Origin: an uncultured Bacteriovoracaceae bacterium
GTDB taxonomy: Bacteria > Bdellovibrionota > Bacteriovoracia > Bacteriovoracales > Bacteriovoracaceae
Assembly: GCA_964012805.1 (NCBI GenBank)
Contig: CAXGUD010000014.1
Coordinates: 25,159 to 89,158 of the forward strand
Direction of reading: 5' to 3'
DNA: 64,000 nt
Below the pieces are notes generated by a model that was given only the letters and a program-made list of their open reading frames with translations, had not been told where the DNA came from and did no database searches. The position numbers and the translations under genes are program-made. This document shows, in pieces, positions 1 to 9,350 of the stretch (its first letter is position 1; each line of letters starts with the position of its first letter).

Positions 1-592
1 GTGTTTCTCGGACCACTTTTTCCATTAGTAGAAATAGCTCTGACTTTAATACTCCTTGAGGAACAGGTCCAAACTCTAAAAGAATTCCTGACTTTGCCTG
101 AGTAAAAAGACAGTAGTTATCTTCAAGCTCCTTGAACTCACAAATAATTTTTAAACTCGGAAACACCTTTTTAAGGTGAGATGCGACAATCAGAGACAGA
201 TCATCTTTATGGGAAAGAATTATTGTGGGACCCATTTGGGAAGTCGTTGTATGAAGGTCAATAATAAAGTCTGCACGCACTTCTTTAAACTTTTTGTCCA
301 AATCTAAAGCGAGCTTCTCCTCGTGTTCAAGGAAATTTTCTCCTTTTTCATCAAACTTTTTTTTAGCAGCTAGAAGAAAATCTTTTGAAAAGCACCGATT
401 CAGATCATGATCAACATATCTTTTGTTTAGCTTAAAAGCCTCTTCATTTCCAAGCTCAAAAAAGGGACTAATATTTTTATAATTTTCTTTCAAACCTAAA
501 GACTTTAACTTTTTAATCAAATAAACTCCGGTAAATTCATTTCCGTGAGTTCCTCCTACAACAAAAACTTGCCTCTTTTTACTTTTAATCAT
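1..592 (-). CDS. Aspartoacylase (ASPA/AstE family), 3'-truncated by window edge; missing from ORF track
   Basis: Manual translation from ATG at 592: MIKSKKRQVFVVGGTHGNEFTGVYLIKK...KRYVDHDLNRCF...DFIIDLHTTTSQMGPTII, giving the GGTHGNE, DLNRxF and DLHTT motifs. Confidence 0.9.
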   Translation of the reverse strand, partial: MIKSKKRQVFVVGGTHGNEFTGVYLIKKLKSLGLKENYKNISPFFELGNEEAFKLNKRYVDHDLNRCFSKDFLLAAKKKFDEKGENFLEHEEKLALDLDKKFKEVRADFIIDLHTTTSQMGPTIILSHKDDLSLIVASHLKKVFPSLKIICEFKELEDNYCLFTQAKSGILLEFGPVPQGVLKSELFLLMEKVVRET

Positions 593-708
593 AACTTTTT
601 CTCTTAGCGTAAGTTTAAAATATTCAGTGAAATTGGCCTGAAAGTATTCCCAAGATTTATTCATTAGTCCAATACTTTTAGCGGATAATGCGGAGTGGGA
701 ACGAAATC

Positions 709-1716
709 ATGTTAAGCATAATAAAAAGGGTTGTCTTTTTCTATGTTGGTAAGCTTTTTATCATTTCATTTGTTTTTCCTGCAAACTTGTCATTGGTCCA
801 TGGTGATACTCTACCCTGCCCTTTGACCAACCAAAAACAAATACTCAAAAATCTTAATAAAGCTATTGGCCCTTATAAATACGATTTAACAGAGTTAAAT
901 CAATGGTTTAGCTCCCAAAGGCCCTACAAAGGAGTCTCCCTTCTTATTCATGGCCTCAACAACAAACCAAGCACTATGAACGCCCTGGCGCTCCACCTTT
1001 CTACGCTAGGCCATGCCACCTTGCGGGGATCACTTAGGGGTCATAGAGGAAGCCTGAAAGAGGGTCAAAATGTAACGGTATCCCAATGGAGGGAAGATGT
1101 TGACCTACTCTATTGCTTAGCTCTCTTAAAAAGCCAATATTTAAAGGTCCCTTTAAATATTAGTTGTTACTCGATGGGCTGCCTATTATTTCTTGACCTC
1201 TTTAAGAGAATAAAAAGCTTACAACAAGATAACATGGTAGAGAGGGCCATTTTTATTTCTCCTGCCATTAAGGTTAAGCCAGAGCTTTCGTGGCTTTCTC
1301 ACCTATTTAAAATGCTCCCATCAGATTGGATGATTCCTAGTTCAAATATAAAGCTTTATAGATCACAAAATGGAACATCCGTTTCCTCTTATAAGGCCTT
1401 TTTTGAGCTCCTCGATGAGAATCATAGTATTGACTTCCTTGGCCCTAAATCATTTGGACTTCCAAAAATACTTACTCTACTAAACCCCAAGGATGAACTT
1501 GTTGACGCAAAAAGCATCATCAAATTATTCAGAAAAATGCCCAAGGAGCAAACATGGGTTAAGCTCATAGAAATTGAAAACAAAAACGCCACCACCATAA
1601 AACATATAAACCACCTCCTATTAGATGAAGATAGCTTAGGGAAACTCAAGTGGCAGGAATGGAAAGAACATATTTCTCTGTTTTTAAAAGAGGGAAAACG
1701 TGCAACTCTTTATTGA
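709..1716 (+). CDS. Probably secreted alpha/beta hydrolase (esterase/lipase-like)
   Basis: N-terminal hydrophobic segment; IHGL oxyanion motif; nucleophile elbow CYSMG; candidate Asp (KDELVD) and His (NHLL). Start could be 688. Confidence 0.75.
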   Translation: MLSIIKRVVFFYVGKLFIISFVFPANLSLVHGDTLPCPLTNQKQILKNLNKAIGPYKYDLTELNQWFSSQRPYKGVSLLIHGLNNKPSTMNALALHLSTLGHATLRGSLRGHRGSLKEGQNVTVSQWREDVDLLYCLALLKSQYLKVPLNISCYSMGCLLFLDLFKRIKSLQQDNMVERAIFISPAIKVKPELSWLSHLFKMLPSDWMIPSSNIKLYRSQNGTSVSSYKAFFELLDENHSIDFLGPKSFGLPKILTLLNPKDELVDAKSIIKLFRKMPKEQTWVKLIEIENKNATTIKHINHLLLDEDSLGKLKWQEWKEHISLFLKEGKRATLY

Positions 1717-1781
1717 GATATTTGGTAAAGTTTGGCATACTGTAGCGACTCCATTACCCCATAGGATAGAGGATTTCGGCA

Positions 1782-1988
1782 ATGAACGAAAAATTTGAAA
1801 AAGCTGTTTCATTATTAAAAAATGCTGTCAAATACTCACATCTAGATAATCAAAAACATATTGATTTCTCCCTTGTAAACGCTCCGCATCTTGATGACTA
1901 TAAGAAAGCCATGGTCACTGTTCAAAAAGCGGTACAAGATGGAGACATCACTCAAGATGACCTTAAAAAGAAGTTAGGGTTAATTTAG
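1782..1988 (+). CDS. Small hypothetical protein (68 aa)
   Basis: ORF with SD-like GAGGA upstream and a plausible helical sequence. Confidence 0.7.
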   Translation: MNEKFEKAVSLLKNAVKYSHLDNQKHIDFSLVNAPHLDDYKKAMVTVQKAVQDGDITQDDLKKKLGLI

Positions 1989-2174
1989 TTACTCGTTTAA
2001 ATCCACAATAGCTTTTTAGATGATCCTTAAGCAAAAAACCAACAAAACCTCTCAAAAAAATAGCGTAGGAATAGCCATTTTTTCCAAACGAAAAAAAGCG
2101 GTTTGCTATTTTGAATTTGTGTTAAAATGAGATGAACTAACAGTCAGGCCCTAAGTTATCTCAGGAGGCAAAAT

Positions 2175-2594
2175 ATGAAAATATTGGTCGTGGATGATGA
2201 AGAAGATGTAAGAGAAATCATCACTGAGTTTATTGTAGAAAACTTCGACATCAGCGTTCTTGAAGCCAGTACTGGAATGGAGGCCATTAATTGCCTCGAA
2301 GGAGAAAAGGATATTGGTCTTATCATAGCTGATTACAATTTTCCTGATCTTGGAGATGGTGGAGTCAATGGTGGAGGAATCTACACCTTTAACCTTGGAA
2401 ACGAAAATATACCATTTTTTCTCTTTTCAGCAGAAAGACCTGAGGATCACCAAGAATTAGACAGTTTCAAATTGGACAATCCTCTTAATACAATTATCGG
2501 AAAACCCTATGATCACACCTTTACAAAAGAAGCGATCAAAAAAGTCATTATTGCCGCCCAAAAAAGAGATAAAGGCTCAAAAACGGTTACCTAA
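2175..2594 (+). CDS. Stand-alone response regulator receiver
   Basis: KILVVDDE, IIADYNFP (phospho-Asp), FSA, KP; SD AGGAGG. Confidence 0.85.
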   Translation: MKILVVDDEEDVREIITEFIVENFDISVLEASTGMEAINCLEGEKDIGLIIADYNFPDLGDGGVNGGGIYTFNLGNENIPFFLFSAERPEDHQELDSFKLDNPLNTIIGKPYDHTFTKEAIKKVIIAAQKRDKGSKTVT

Positions 2595-2639
2595 AGATAA
2601 ACTCTTTTATCTTCTTGTTAAAATTCATAACAATTTAAG

Positions 2640-2666
2640 GGGGCTTAAGATTTAAGCCCCTCTTTT
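2640..2666. terminator. Intrinsic terminator hairpin between convergent genes
   Basis: GGGGCTTAA-GAT-TTAAGCCCC followed by TCTTTT. Confidence 0.7.
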
Positions 2667-2671
2667 ATATT

Positions 2672-4183
2672 CTAGTAAGAGCGCCCAAAAAGAGCTTCTA
2701 TAGTTGCCTCTTTACCTGTAAGAATGCATTTTCCAATTTTTCCATTCTGATCTTCTGGTAAACAACGAATCGACACCTTGAGCTTTTTTAGCTCTTCTTC
2801 CGTCTTAGAGTCACCACACCACTTGGCCCTAACAAACCCAACCTTGCCTTCTTTTTTTTGAAAATAGGACTCAAACTCTTCTTTGGTCTTTAAACCAGTT
2901 TCTATATTACTGTCTCTAAAATTCTTTGCTTGCTGAAAATAATTATTTTGTATTTCTTCTAATAGTTGAGGCACCTTTTCATTCAGTTCCTCAAAAGACA
3001 TTTTGTGCTTATCCTTATGGGCCTTATCTCTTCTGGCCACCATAACATTACCATTTTCAAGATCTCTAGGACCAATTTCCACCCTTAGAGGAATCCCCTT
3101 TTTTATCCATTCCCAGTTTTTTTCTCCGCCACCCTTATCTCTCTTGTCAACGCGTACTCTGATTTCGCGTCCACTGTAAAACTGGCTTTGTAAGTCCTTA
3201 GAGAGTTTTTGAGCACACTCTAAAACGGCCTCATCTTTGGTCGGGTCTTTACCAGGAGTAATAGGAAGAATAACAATATGTTGAGGAGCAACTCTAGGAG
3301 GAACTCTCATCCCATCGTCATCTCCATGAACCATAATCATTCCCCCAATTAGACGAGTGGAAACTCCCCAGCTCGTGGTATACGCATATTCCATATCACC
3401 GTTTTTATTACTAAATTGAATGTTAGAACTTTTAGAAAAATTTTGTCCTAAAAAATGTGATGTCCCTGCCTGTAAAGCCTTCCCATCTTGCATCATCGCT
3501 TCAATCGTAAAGGTATGAGTCGCTCCAGGAAACCTCTCTCCCTCACTTTTTTCCCCCGGAATAACAGGTAAAGCTAATTCATTTTCAGCAAAGTCCTTAT
3601 ATACTTTTAGCATTTTGAGAGTTTCTTCAATAGCTTCCTCTTCTGTACTATGAACGGTATGCCCTTCTTGCCATAAAAACTCAGCAGTTCTCAGAAAAAT
3701 TCTTGGCCTCATTTCCCATCTGACAACATTGGCCCATTGGTTTATGAGAAGGGGTAGGTCACGATAAGAGTTCACCCATTTTGAAAATGACTCACCAATT
3801 ATTGTTTCGGATGTTGGCCTTACAACCAAAGGCTCTTCTAACTCTCCCGTCGGAACCAACTTCCCATCATTTTCTTCTAACCTATGATGAGTAACCACGG
3901 CGCACTCTTTAGCAAAACCCTCAACATGCTTTGCTTCTTTTTCTAAAAAGCTCAATGGAATAAAAAGTGGAAAGTAAGCGTTCTCATGCCCTGTATCTTT
4001 TATCATTTTATCAAGGAGGGACTGAATATTTTCCCAAAGGCCGTATCCCCAAGGCTTAATTACCATACAACCACGCACTGGAGAATTTTCTGCCAAATCA
4101 GAAGCTTTAATAACTTGCTGGTACCAACCAGGAAAATCATTCTCTCGAAGGGGGCTAATAGCAAACATGTTTTTCTTTCCCAA
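2672..4183 (-). CDS. proS: Proline--tRNA ligase, archaeal/eukaryotic (Thermus-like) type
   Basis: RPTSET, QWANVVRWE, FLRTAEFLWQEGHT, QAGTSHFLGQNF, TSWGVSTR; C-terminal RSY; no INS editing domain. Confidence 0.97.
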   Translation of the reverse strand: MGKKNMFAISPLRENDFPGWYQQVIKASDLAENSPVRGCMVIKPWGYGLWENIQSLLDKMIKDTGHENAYFPLFIPLSFLEKEAKHVEGFAKECAVVTHHRLEENDGKLVPTGELEEPLVVRPTSETIIGESFSKWVNSYRDLPLLINQWANVVRWEMRPRIFLRTAEFLWQEGHTVHSTEEEAIEETLKMLKVYKDFAENELALPVIPGEKSEGERFPGATHTFTIEAMMQDGKALQAGTSHFLGQNFSKSSNIQFSNKNGDMEYAYTTSWGVSTRLIGGMIMVHGDDDGMRVPPRVAPQHIVILPITPGKDPTKDEAVLECAQKLSKDLQSQFYSGREIRVRVDKRDKGGGEKNWEWIKKGIPLRVEIGPRDLENGNVMVARRDKAHKDKHKMSFEELNEKVPQLLEEIQNNYFQQAKNFRDSNIETGLKTKEEFESYFQKKEGKVGFVRAKWCGDSKTEEELKKLKVSIRCLPEDQNGKIGKCILTGKEATIEALFGRSY

Positions 4184-4460
4184 AATTTGACACCTTTTTA
4201 AAAAAAACTGGTAAGCCTTCTTACTAATACATCGTGTTAAGTTTTACGGCCCAGAAAACTTAACTTAAATCTTTAGTCTTTACAATCAAAAAAATAAATG
4301 GCCAAATGTTAAGACGAAAGTTTTGGGCTCAATTATATCAAGTGGATGCACCTACCTCAGGGACTTCGAACACTTGGTAAGCGGTTCTTTTATAATAGGG
4401 ATTTCTATGGAGGCTGCCGAAAGGTAAAAATTAAAATTGTTTTTCAAAGTGAGGTTAAGG

Positions 4461-4850
4461 ATGACTGTCATGGAAGATACAGGTTTTATAGTTAGGCAAA
4501 AAGAATACCTTCTTAAGCTTAGGAATGATCTACTCAATGCAATTAAATACAAATCCACAGAAGACCTTCATATTCCTTCAGATGAAATTGTAGAAGACGG
4601 CGACCAAGCTCAGACCTACATTAATCAAAATGTTACTTTTGGGTTAAGAGAAAGAGAGTTAGCAAGGCTAAGAGAAATCGAGTCTGCACTTCTTAGAATA
4701 GAGAATGGGTCTTATGGTTTTTGCGAAGAGACTGATGAGCCAATAGAAAAAAAGAGATTAGAAAAAGTTCCATGGGCAAGGCTCTCAATTGCAGCAGCAG
4801 AGGAAAAGGAGAGGGAGCAAAGCAACCTCAGAAAGCCAAAGTCTGTCTAG
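4461..4850 (+). CDS. dksA: DksA/TraR family RNA polymerase-binding factor, zinc-free type
   Basis: Coiled-coil tip EDGDQA; IESALLRIENGSYGFCEETDEPIEKKRLEKVPWARLS; SD GAGGT before ATG 4461. Confidence 0.88.
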   Translation: MTVMEDTGFIVRQKEYLLKLRNDLLNAIKYKSTEDLHIPSDEIVEDGDQAQTYINQNVTFGLRERELARLREIESALLRIENGSYGFCEETDEPIEKKRLEKVPWARLSIAAAEEKEREQSNLRKPKSV

Positions 4851-4861
4851 CAGGTCCAAAT

Positions 4862-4898
4862 AAAAAGAGGGAAGCACTTTTCAATATCGCTTCCCTCT
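4862..4898 (-). terminator. Intrinsic terminator after rpmG-rpsN (possibly bidirectional)
   Basis: AGAGGGAAGC...GCTTCCCTCT 10-bp stem; upstream A-tract reads as a U-tract on the minus strand. Confidence 0.7.
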
Positions 4899-4938
4899 AA
4901 ATTTATTATTATATAAAAAGTGGCTTATTCTTTAAGAA

Positions 4939-5244
4939 TCACCAGCTTGATTTTGTCACACCAGGAATCATTCCCTGCAACGCAAGCTCTCTAAAAGCGA
5001 TTCTAGAAAGGTTAAATCTTCTGTAATAAGCACGCGGTCTTCCTGTCAAACCACAACGGTTTCTATGACGAACCTCTGCAGAGTTTCTAGGAAGCTTAGA
5101 AAGCTTATAACGGGCTTCAGCTCTTTCCTCATCACTCAAAGTCATGTCTTTAGACTTCTTTCTGAGCTCAATTCTACGATCTTTGTACTTAGCGACAAGT
5201 TTAGCTTTCTTCTCATTAGCAACAACTTTAGATAACCTCGCCAT
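4939..5244 (-). CDS. rpsN: 30S ribosomal protein S14, long 101-aa non-zinc form
   Basis: [45 protein letters not shown]. Confidence 0.98.
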   Translation of the reverse strand: MARLSKVVANEKKAKLVAKYKDRRIELRKKSKDMTLSDEERAEARYKLSKLPRNSAEVRHRNRCGLTGRPRAYYRRFNLSRIAFRELALQGMIPGVTKSSW

Positions 5245-5288
5245 TAAAAATATCTCCTTAAAAGTTTTAACCTTGTGTGATAATACCC

Positions 5289-5492
5289 TTACTTAATTTC
5301 TTTATGCAACGTATGACGTCTTAAAAATGGATTGTATTTTTTCATTTCAATACGTTCGGGAGTTGTTTTCTTGTTTTTTGTAGTCGTATATCTAGAAGGT
5401 GAATTTCCTTCTTTTCTCGCTTCAGTACATTCAAGGGTCACAGTCACTCTTGGACCTTTACTTCTTTTCCCTTTTCCTTTTTTCGCCGCCAT
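5289..5492 (-). CDS. rpmG: 50S ribosomal protein L33, non-zinc form
   Basis: TLECTE...[35 protein letters not shown]; start moved to ATG 5492 (MAAKK), SD AAGGA. Confidence 0.95.
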   Translation of the reverse strand: MAAKKGKGKRSKGPRVTVTLECTEARKEGNSPSRYTTTKNKKTTPERIEMKKYNPFLRRHTLHKEIK

Positions 5493-5529
5493 CTTAACGC
5501 CCTTCCTTTTTATAATTTTTGAAGGCGCC

Positions 5530-5557
5530 AATATAGCATAAATGAATGGTTATGCAA
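5530..5557 (-). promoter_or_regulatory. Sigma70-type promoter for rpmG-rpsN
   Basis: TTGCAT-16 nt-TATATT with extended -10 TG, read on the minus strand. Confidence 0.55.
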
Positions 5558-5624
5558 GTAACTTTGGCAAAGAACATCTAAAGAAATTCTATCGAGGAAA
5601 AGACTCAAAGCATCTCAATAAACT

Positions 5625-6047
5625 TTATTCATCATGCTTAACAAGCTTTAGCTTTGGCTTTTTAAGCAGTTTCTCAACAGTGCTAATGAGTGTTTTATTA
5701 AACTCTTTAAAGTCATCGTCAGCTTTATCCATTTCTTCTTGACCCAACAAGTCTTTTGTCTTGTCAACCACTATTTTCGCATAGAGACTCTGAGAGAGGA
5801 TATCTCCTTTCATTTGACCTTCAAGATGCGCTATGTCGCATTTGTTTTCATTCAACTTTTCTATAAATTCATCTTTCCCCAAATTTTCCGCCAACCAATC
5901 TTCATTTCCATCTACTTTAAGAGACCATTTATTATTTGGGGCCCAAAAAACCTCAAACTTTTTAACATCGTAGACATCTTTTAAAACCCAATACCGCTTC
6001 TTGTCCATCGAATAAGAGTTTATAAAATCCATAAATTTTTCAATCAT
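5625..6047 (-). CDS. Hypothetical protein
   Basis: 140-aa ORF co-oriented with neighbours; no recognised motif. Confidence 0.7.
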   Translation of the reverse strand: MIEKFMDFINSYSMDKKRYWVLKDVYDVKKFEVFWAPNNKWSLKVDGNEDWLAENLGKDEFIEKLNENKCDIAHLEGQMKGDILSQSLYAKIVVDKTKDLLGQEEMDKADDDFKEFNKTLISTVEKLLKKPKLKLVKHDE

Positions 6048-6220
6048 TGTCTTTTTCCATGATAAGAACGTTTATCTCAAAAAGATCTTTCTCCATGATC
6101 TATCGACAAATAAAAAAAAAAGTATAGTACGGAGTCATTTCATCGGGTATCGGAAGTTGCGCTAAAGCCAACTTCATCTTCCTTCTTCTAATATGAAAAG
6201 TTAAGTCATCTTTTTAAAAA

Positions 6221-6793
6221 TTAGATTTTTCTTAGGTGGGACTCAACAAGTTCAGGATTTATTCTTCCATCTTCTCCAATAAGAGTTTCATCAAGAAGAA
6301 CTTCTTGGATGAGCCCAACTAAGACATAAGAATTTGTCTCTTTAATAGGGATACACTCTTTTTTAAGGAGTCCAATTTTTATAAGAGCTTCCGCTGCATA
6401 TGGGGCCTCGATGCTTCCAGTGTAAAACTCAGTGAAGGCATTGGGATTCACATCAGAAAAGTCATGAGTAAAATAAAGGTGGGGATTTTCCCTTTTTTTG
6501 TATTGGGACTTGTCTACATGGTTTATCGTGAAAGAGTCTTGTTCGATAAGGTTTTTAATAGTTTGAGGCTCTACATGAAGAGGTGAAACCGCTAGACCAA
6601 TGACGGCGGGGTCTGCACCCAAATGAAAGCATGCACTAGTAAGGCCCAAATTAGGTTGGCTCTCAGCATTTATCGTACCAATAAGATTTGAACTTTCAAA
6701 GCCACTCAAAGAATTGATGAAATTAACTTTAAATGCTTCTTTCATCTGCTTAAATTCTTCTAGTGAAAAAAGCTTCATATCATTATCAATCAT
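6221..6793 (-). CDS. Flavin reductase-like FMN-binding protein (divergent)
   Basis: FINSLSGF.SSNLIGT, PNL, HLGADP, FTINHV family motifs; start uncertain (6778, 6793 or 6868). Confidence 0.7.
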   Translation of the reverse strand: MIDNDMKLFSLEEFKQMKEAFKVNFINSLSGFESSNLIGTINAESQPNLGLTSACFHLGADPAVIGLAVSPLHVEPQTIKNLIEQDSFTINHVDKSQYKKRENPHLYFTHDFSDVNPNAFTEFYTGSIEAPYAAEALIKIGLLKKECIPIKETNSYVLVGLIQEVLLDETLIGEDGRINPELVESHLRKI

Positions 6794-6915
6794 ATTTTTT
6801 ACCTTTAACAGGACCCTAAGTAGAGTCTCCCCCAACATCCTATCAATTAACATACTAATGGAAACCACCTCTTAAAGGGAGGCTTGGAAAAAAATACCGG
6901 AAAAAGGCTGGGATT

Positions 6916-7833
6916 CTAGGAAGATATATTATTTATCCTCTCTAGAGCTTTATAAAGGGCCTGTGTCCCCAGTTGACCTCCTCCTTGGTCTTTTAGGGCC
7001 AAATAAAGCTGATGGGCCAAGGAAAGACCAGGAAGGCCCAAATCCATTTTTTTGGCCTCCTCGAGAGCAATCCCCATATCCTTGATAAAGTGATCTACGT
7101 AAAAACCTGGTGTAAAGTCTTTCTTTAAAATCCGCCGCCCCAGTTGAGATAAGCTCCAACTTGCAGCCGCTCCACTTTCCACAGACTCAAGAACCTTCCA
7201 AGGATCCATCCCGACCTTATATGCGTAGAGAAGGGCCTCTGAAACACCAATCATATTTGTTGCAATGAGGGTTTGATTAACCATTTTCGCATGTTGACCC
7301 AGCCCATACGAACCGTGGTAAACAATGGTTTTACCCAAGATTTCCCAAAAATACCTAAGTTTGTGAAAAGCCGCTTCATCTCCTCCAACCATGATTGATA
7401 ATGTTCCATTAACAGCTCCGATATCTCCACCTGAAACAGGTGCATCCAAAGAGAGAGCACCCCTTTGACCAAGCATTCCCCCAACTTTTAAGGCCAAGCT
7501 TGGTGAACTTGTGGTCATATCTACAACGACTTTACCTGACAATTCTTTCTCACTTTGTAGAAACCCGTGTCCACCAAAGATGCAAGAATGAACATCTTCA
7601 GGAAGCCCAACCATCATAAAAACTATATTAACTTTTTCAATGAGGTCACAGGGTCTATCTACCCAAACGGCACCTTCATTTAAGAGATCTCTGGCCTTTT
7701 CCTTAGTTCTATTATGGACGAAGAGGTTTACTCTTTCTTTTTGAAGCCTTTTGGCCATGGAAAGCCCCATAACCCCCGTACCAATCCAACCTACATTTAA
7801 GCCGGAAAGAGTAAGAGCTGAAGATTCTGTCAT
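6916..7833 (-). CDS. NAD(P)-dependent beta-hydroxyacid dehydrogenase (3-hydroxyisobutyrate/tartronate semialdehyde reductase family)
   Basis: GWIGTGVMG, DAPVSGGDIGA, catalytic K in AKMVNQ, PGFYVDHFIKDM. Confidence 0.92.
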   Translation of the reverse strand: MTESSALTLSGLNVGWIGTGVMGLSMAKRLQKERVNLFVHNRTKEKARDLLNEGAVWVDRPCDLIEKVNIVFMMVGLPEDVHSCIFGGHGFLQSEKELSGKVVVDMTTSSPSLALKVGGMLGQRGALSLDAPVSGGDIGAVNGTLSIMVGGDEAAFHKLRYFWEILGKTIVYHGSYGLGQHAKMVNQTLIATNMIGVSEALLYAYKVGMDPWKVLESVESGAAASWSLSQLGRRILKKDFTPGFYVDHFIKDMGIALEEAKKMDLGLPGLSLAHQLYLALKDQGGGQLGTQALYKALERINNISS

Positions 7834-7836
7834 TCC

Positions 7837-8763
7837 TTAACCTCCATTAGGTAGAGGCTCAATCTTCCATTCTATTTTTTCTCTTTGACAAAAACGCTGA
7901 ATCTTTTTAAGCCCATCAGCAACGCGGTCTATGTATTTCGAAGCAGTTTCCTGGTGGTAACCAATAGATAAGTTGATGGTGTCATCCATACACTTCTTGT
8001 CTTTAAAAGTTTCCCAATTTCTTTTAAATGCCCAAAAAATTTCATCACCAGTCATATAGTCGGCAAGACAACCATTGTCTGGAATCTCCCACAGTGGTTG
8101 AATTAATTGATCCTCTCCTTCTCCTAATATGACATAAGGTTGGGTGGTTTCGGTAATATCGGGCCAAATCTGATCCAGCCAATCGTGAAGAATGGGGGAC
8201 TTTCTCTTATCCTTTAATAAAAAAGGAGGAACAGCTGAACTGTCAAAAAGAAAACCCTCTAACTGAATTGCCTTAAGTACATCTTCTGTGGCCATCCACC
8301 CACCCGCCCTAAAGCTTTTAGGGCGGCGTAAGTCGTACCTCTTAAATATGTCGAGACTACACCGCACAACGCTCCTCAATTCTTCAACACTGTAGGCACT
8401 AATTGGGACGTCGTGACCAAAGTCCATACCGGACTCATACTGCTGGTTCATTTTTGCAAGAGGCAGCACCTTATCTTGAACCCAACTTGGTCCAGGTTTA
8501 TAGCTCACCCCAGACTTTTCAAACAAAGTTCGCCATCCGTGAATATGAAGACCGTGCTCATCACCTTTTTTCAAAACAGAAGTTATTTTCTTTTGAACCA
8601 AACCATGATTAACGTTGGCCTTTGTGAAATAAGCAGCATTTAAGAAATGGAGTGTTTTAGCCTCAGGAAATTGATCTCTAAACGTTTTTATGGCCTCAAG
8701 GTTTTTTTCGTCTAATTCACGACCTTCCCAGTCAACACTCAAAATAACTCTTACCTGATTCAT
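7837..8763 (-). CDS. Polysaccharide deacetylase (CE4/NodB-like) family protein
   Basis: LSVDWEG, EHGLHIH, SFRAGGW, FDSS motifs. Confidence 0.75.
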   Translation of the reverse strand: MNQVRVILSVDWEGRELDEKNLEAIKTFRDQFPEAKTLHFLNAAYFTKANVNHGLVQKKITSVLKKGDEHGLHIHGWRTLFEKSGVSYKPGPSWVQDKVLPLAKMNQQYESGMDFGHDVPISAYSVEELRSVVRCSLDIFKRYDLRRPKSFRAGGWMATEDVLKAIQLEGFLFDSSAVPPFLLKDKRKSPILHDWLDQIWPDITETTQPYVILGEGEDQLIQPLWEIPDNGCLADYMTGDEIFWAFKRNWETFKDKKCMDDTINLSIGYHQETASKYIDRVADGLKKIQRFCQREKIEWKIEPLPNGG

Positions 8764-8816
8764 TGGTTCAAATTCCCCTTATTAATCAACAAAAGTATAA
8801 ATAATTTGAAATTGTG

Positions 8817-9125
8817 TCACTGACTCAAATCGACAGAAAACTTTTTGCCAGTTATTCTGCTGGATCCTTTGTCTTCAATTCTAGGCCGATTACTTTCCTT
8901 TTTGTCCATCAGGATTGCCTCAACGATCTCCTCAGGAAAAACGTCCAGCTCCTTACACAGAGAGTTAATCATTTTGGGGTGAATTGAACGGAGACCCTTC
9001 TCAACTTCTCCGATAAAGCCTTCATCACAATTTAACCGCCTAGAAAGTTCAACTTCTGAGACCTGCTTGGGCAAGGACAATCTTTTCTCCTTAACAACCC
9101 GGCCGATATTTTTATGGCTTTCCAT
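8817..9125 (-). CDS. XRE-family helix-turn-helix protein
   Basis: IG..VKEKR...SEVELSRRL....FIGEVEKGLRSI. Confidence 0.7.
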   Translation of the reverse strand: MESHKNIGRVVKEKRLSLPKQVSEVELSRRLNCDEGFIGEVEKGLRSIHPKMINSLCKELDVFPEEIVEAILMDKKESNRPRIEDKGSSRITGKKFSVDLSQ

Positions 9126-9280
9126 CTACTTACTCCCTCAGCAAGGATTTTTTCCCATTCTATTTCTATATCTTTCTAGTGTAAATAAAACTCAAAATCA
9201 AAAAAAAATATCCATAACGCAAAGCTAGAAAACCCTAATTCATGACCGCTCCAAAAAAATGAGTATTGGAATAAATTAGT

Positions 9281-9307
9281 TAAATGGAACAGAAAATATG
9301 CCGAAGA
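9281..9307 (+). promoter_or_regulatory. Sigma28 (FliA)-like promoter upstream of CheY-like gene
   Basis: TAAA-N15-GCCGAAGA versus consensus TAAA-N15-GCCGATAA. Confidence 0.6.
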
Positions 9308-9350
9308 TGAGTTTATCTGGAAATGGATTGAGCTTCAAGGAGTACCCAAA

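Noticed and set aside
9211..9255. ACGCAAAGCTAG...CTAA...ATG resembling the 3' half of a c-di-GMP-I riboswitch
   Set aside because: The 5' half is absent (A-rich, no pairing).
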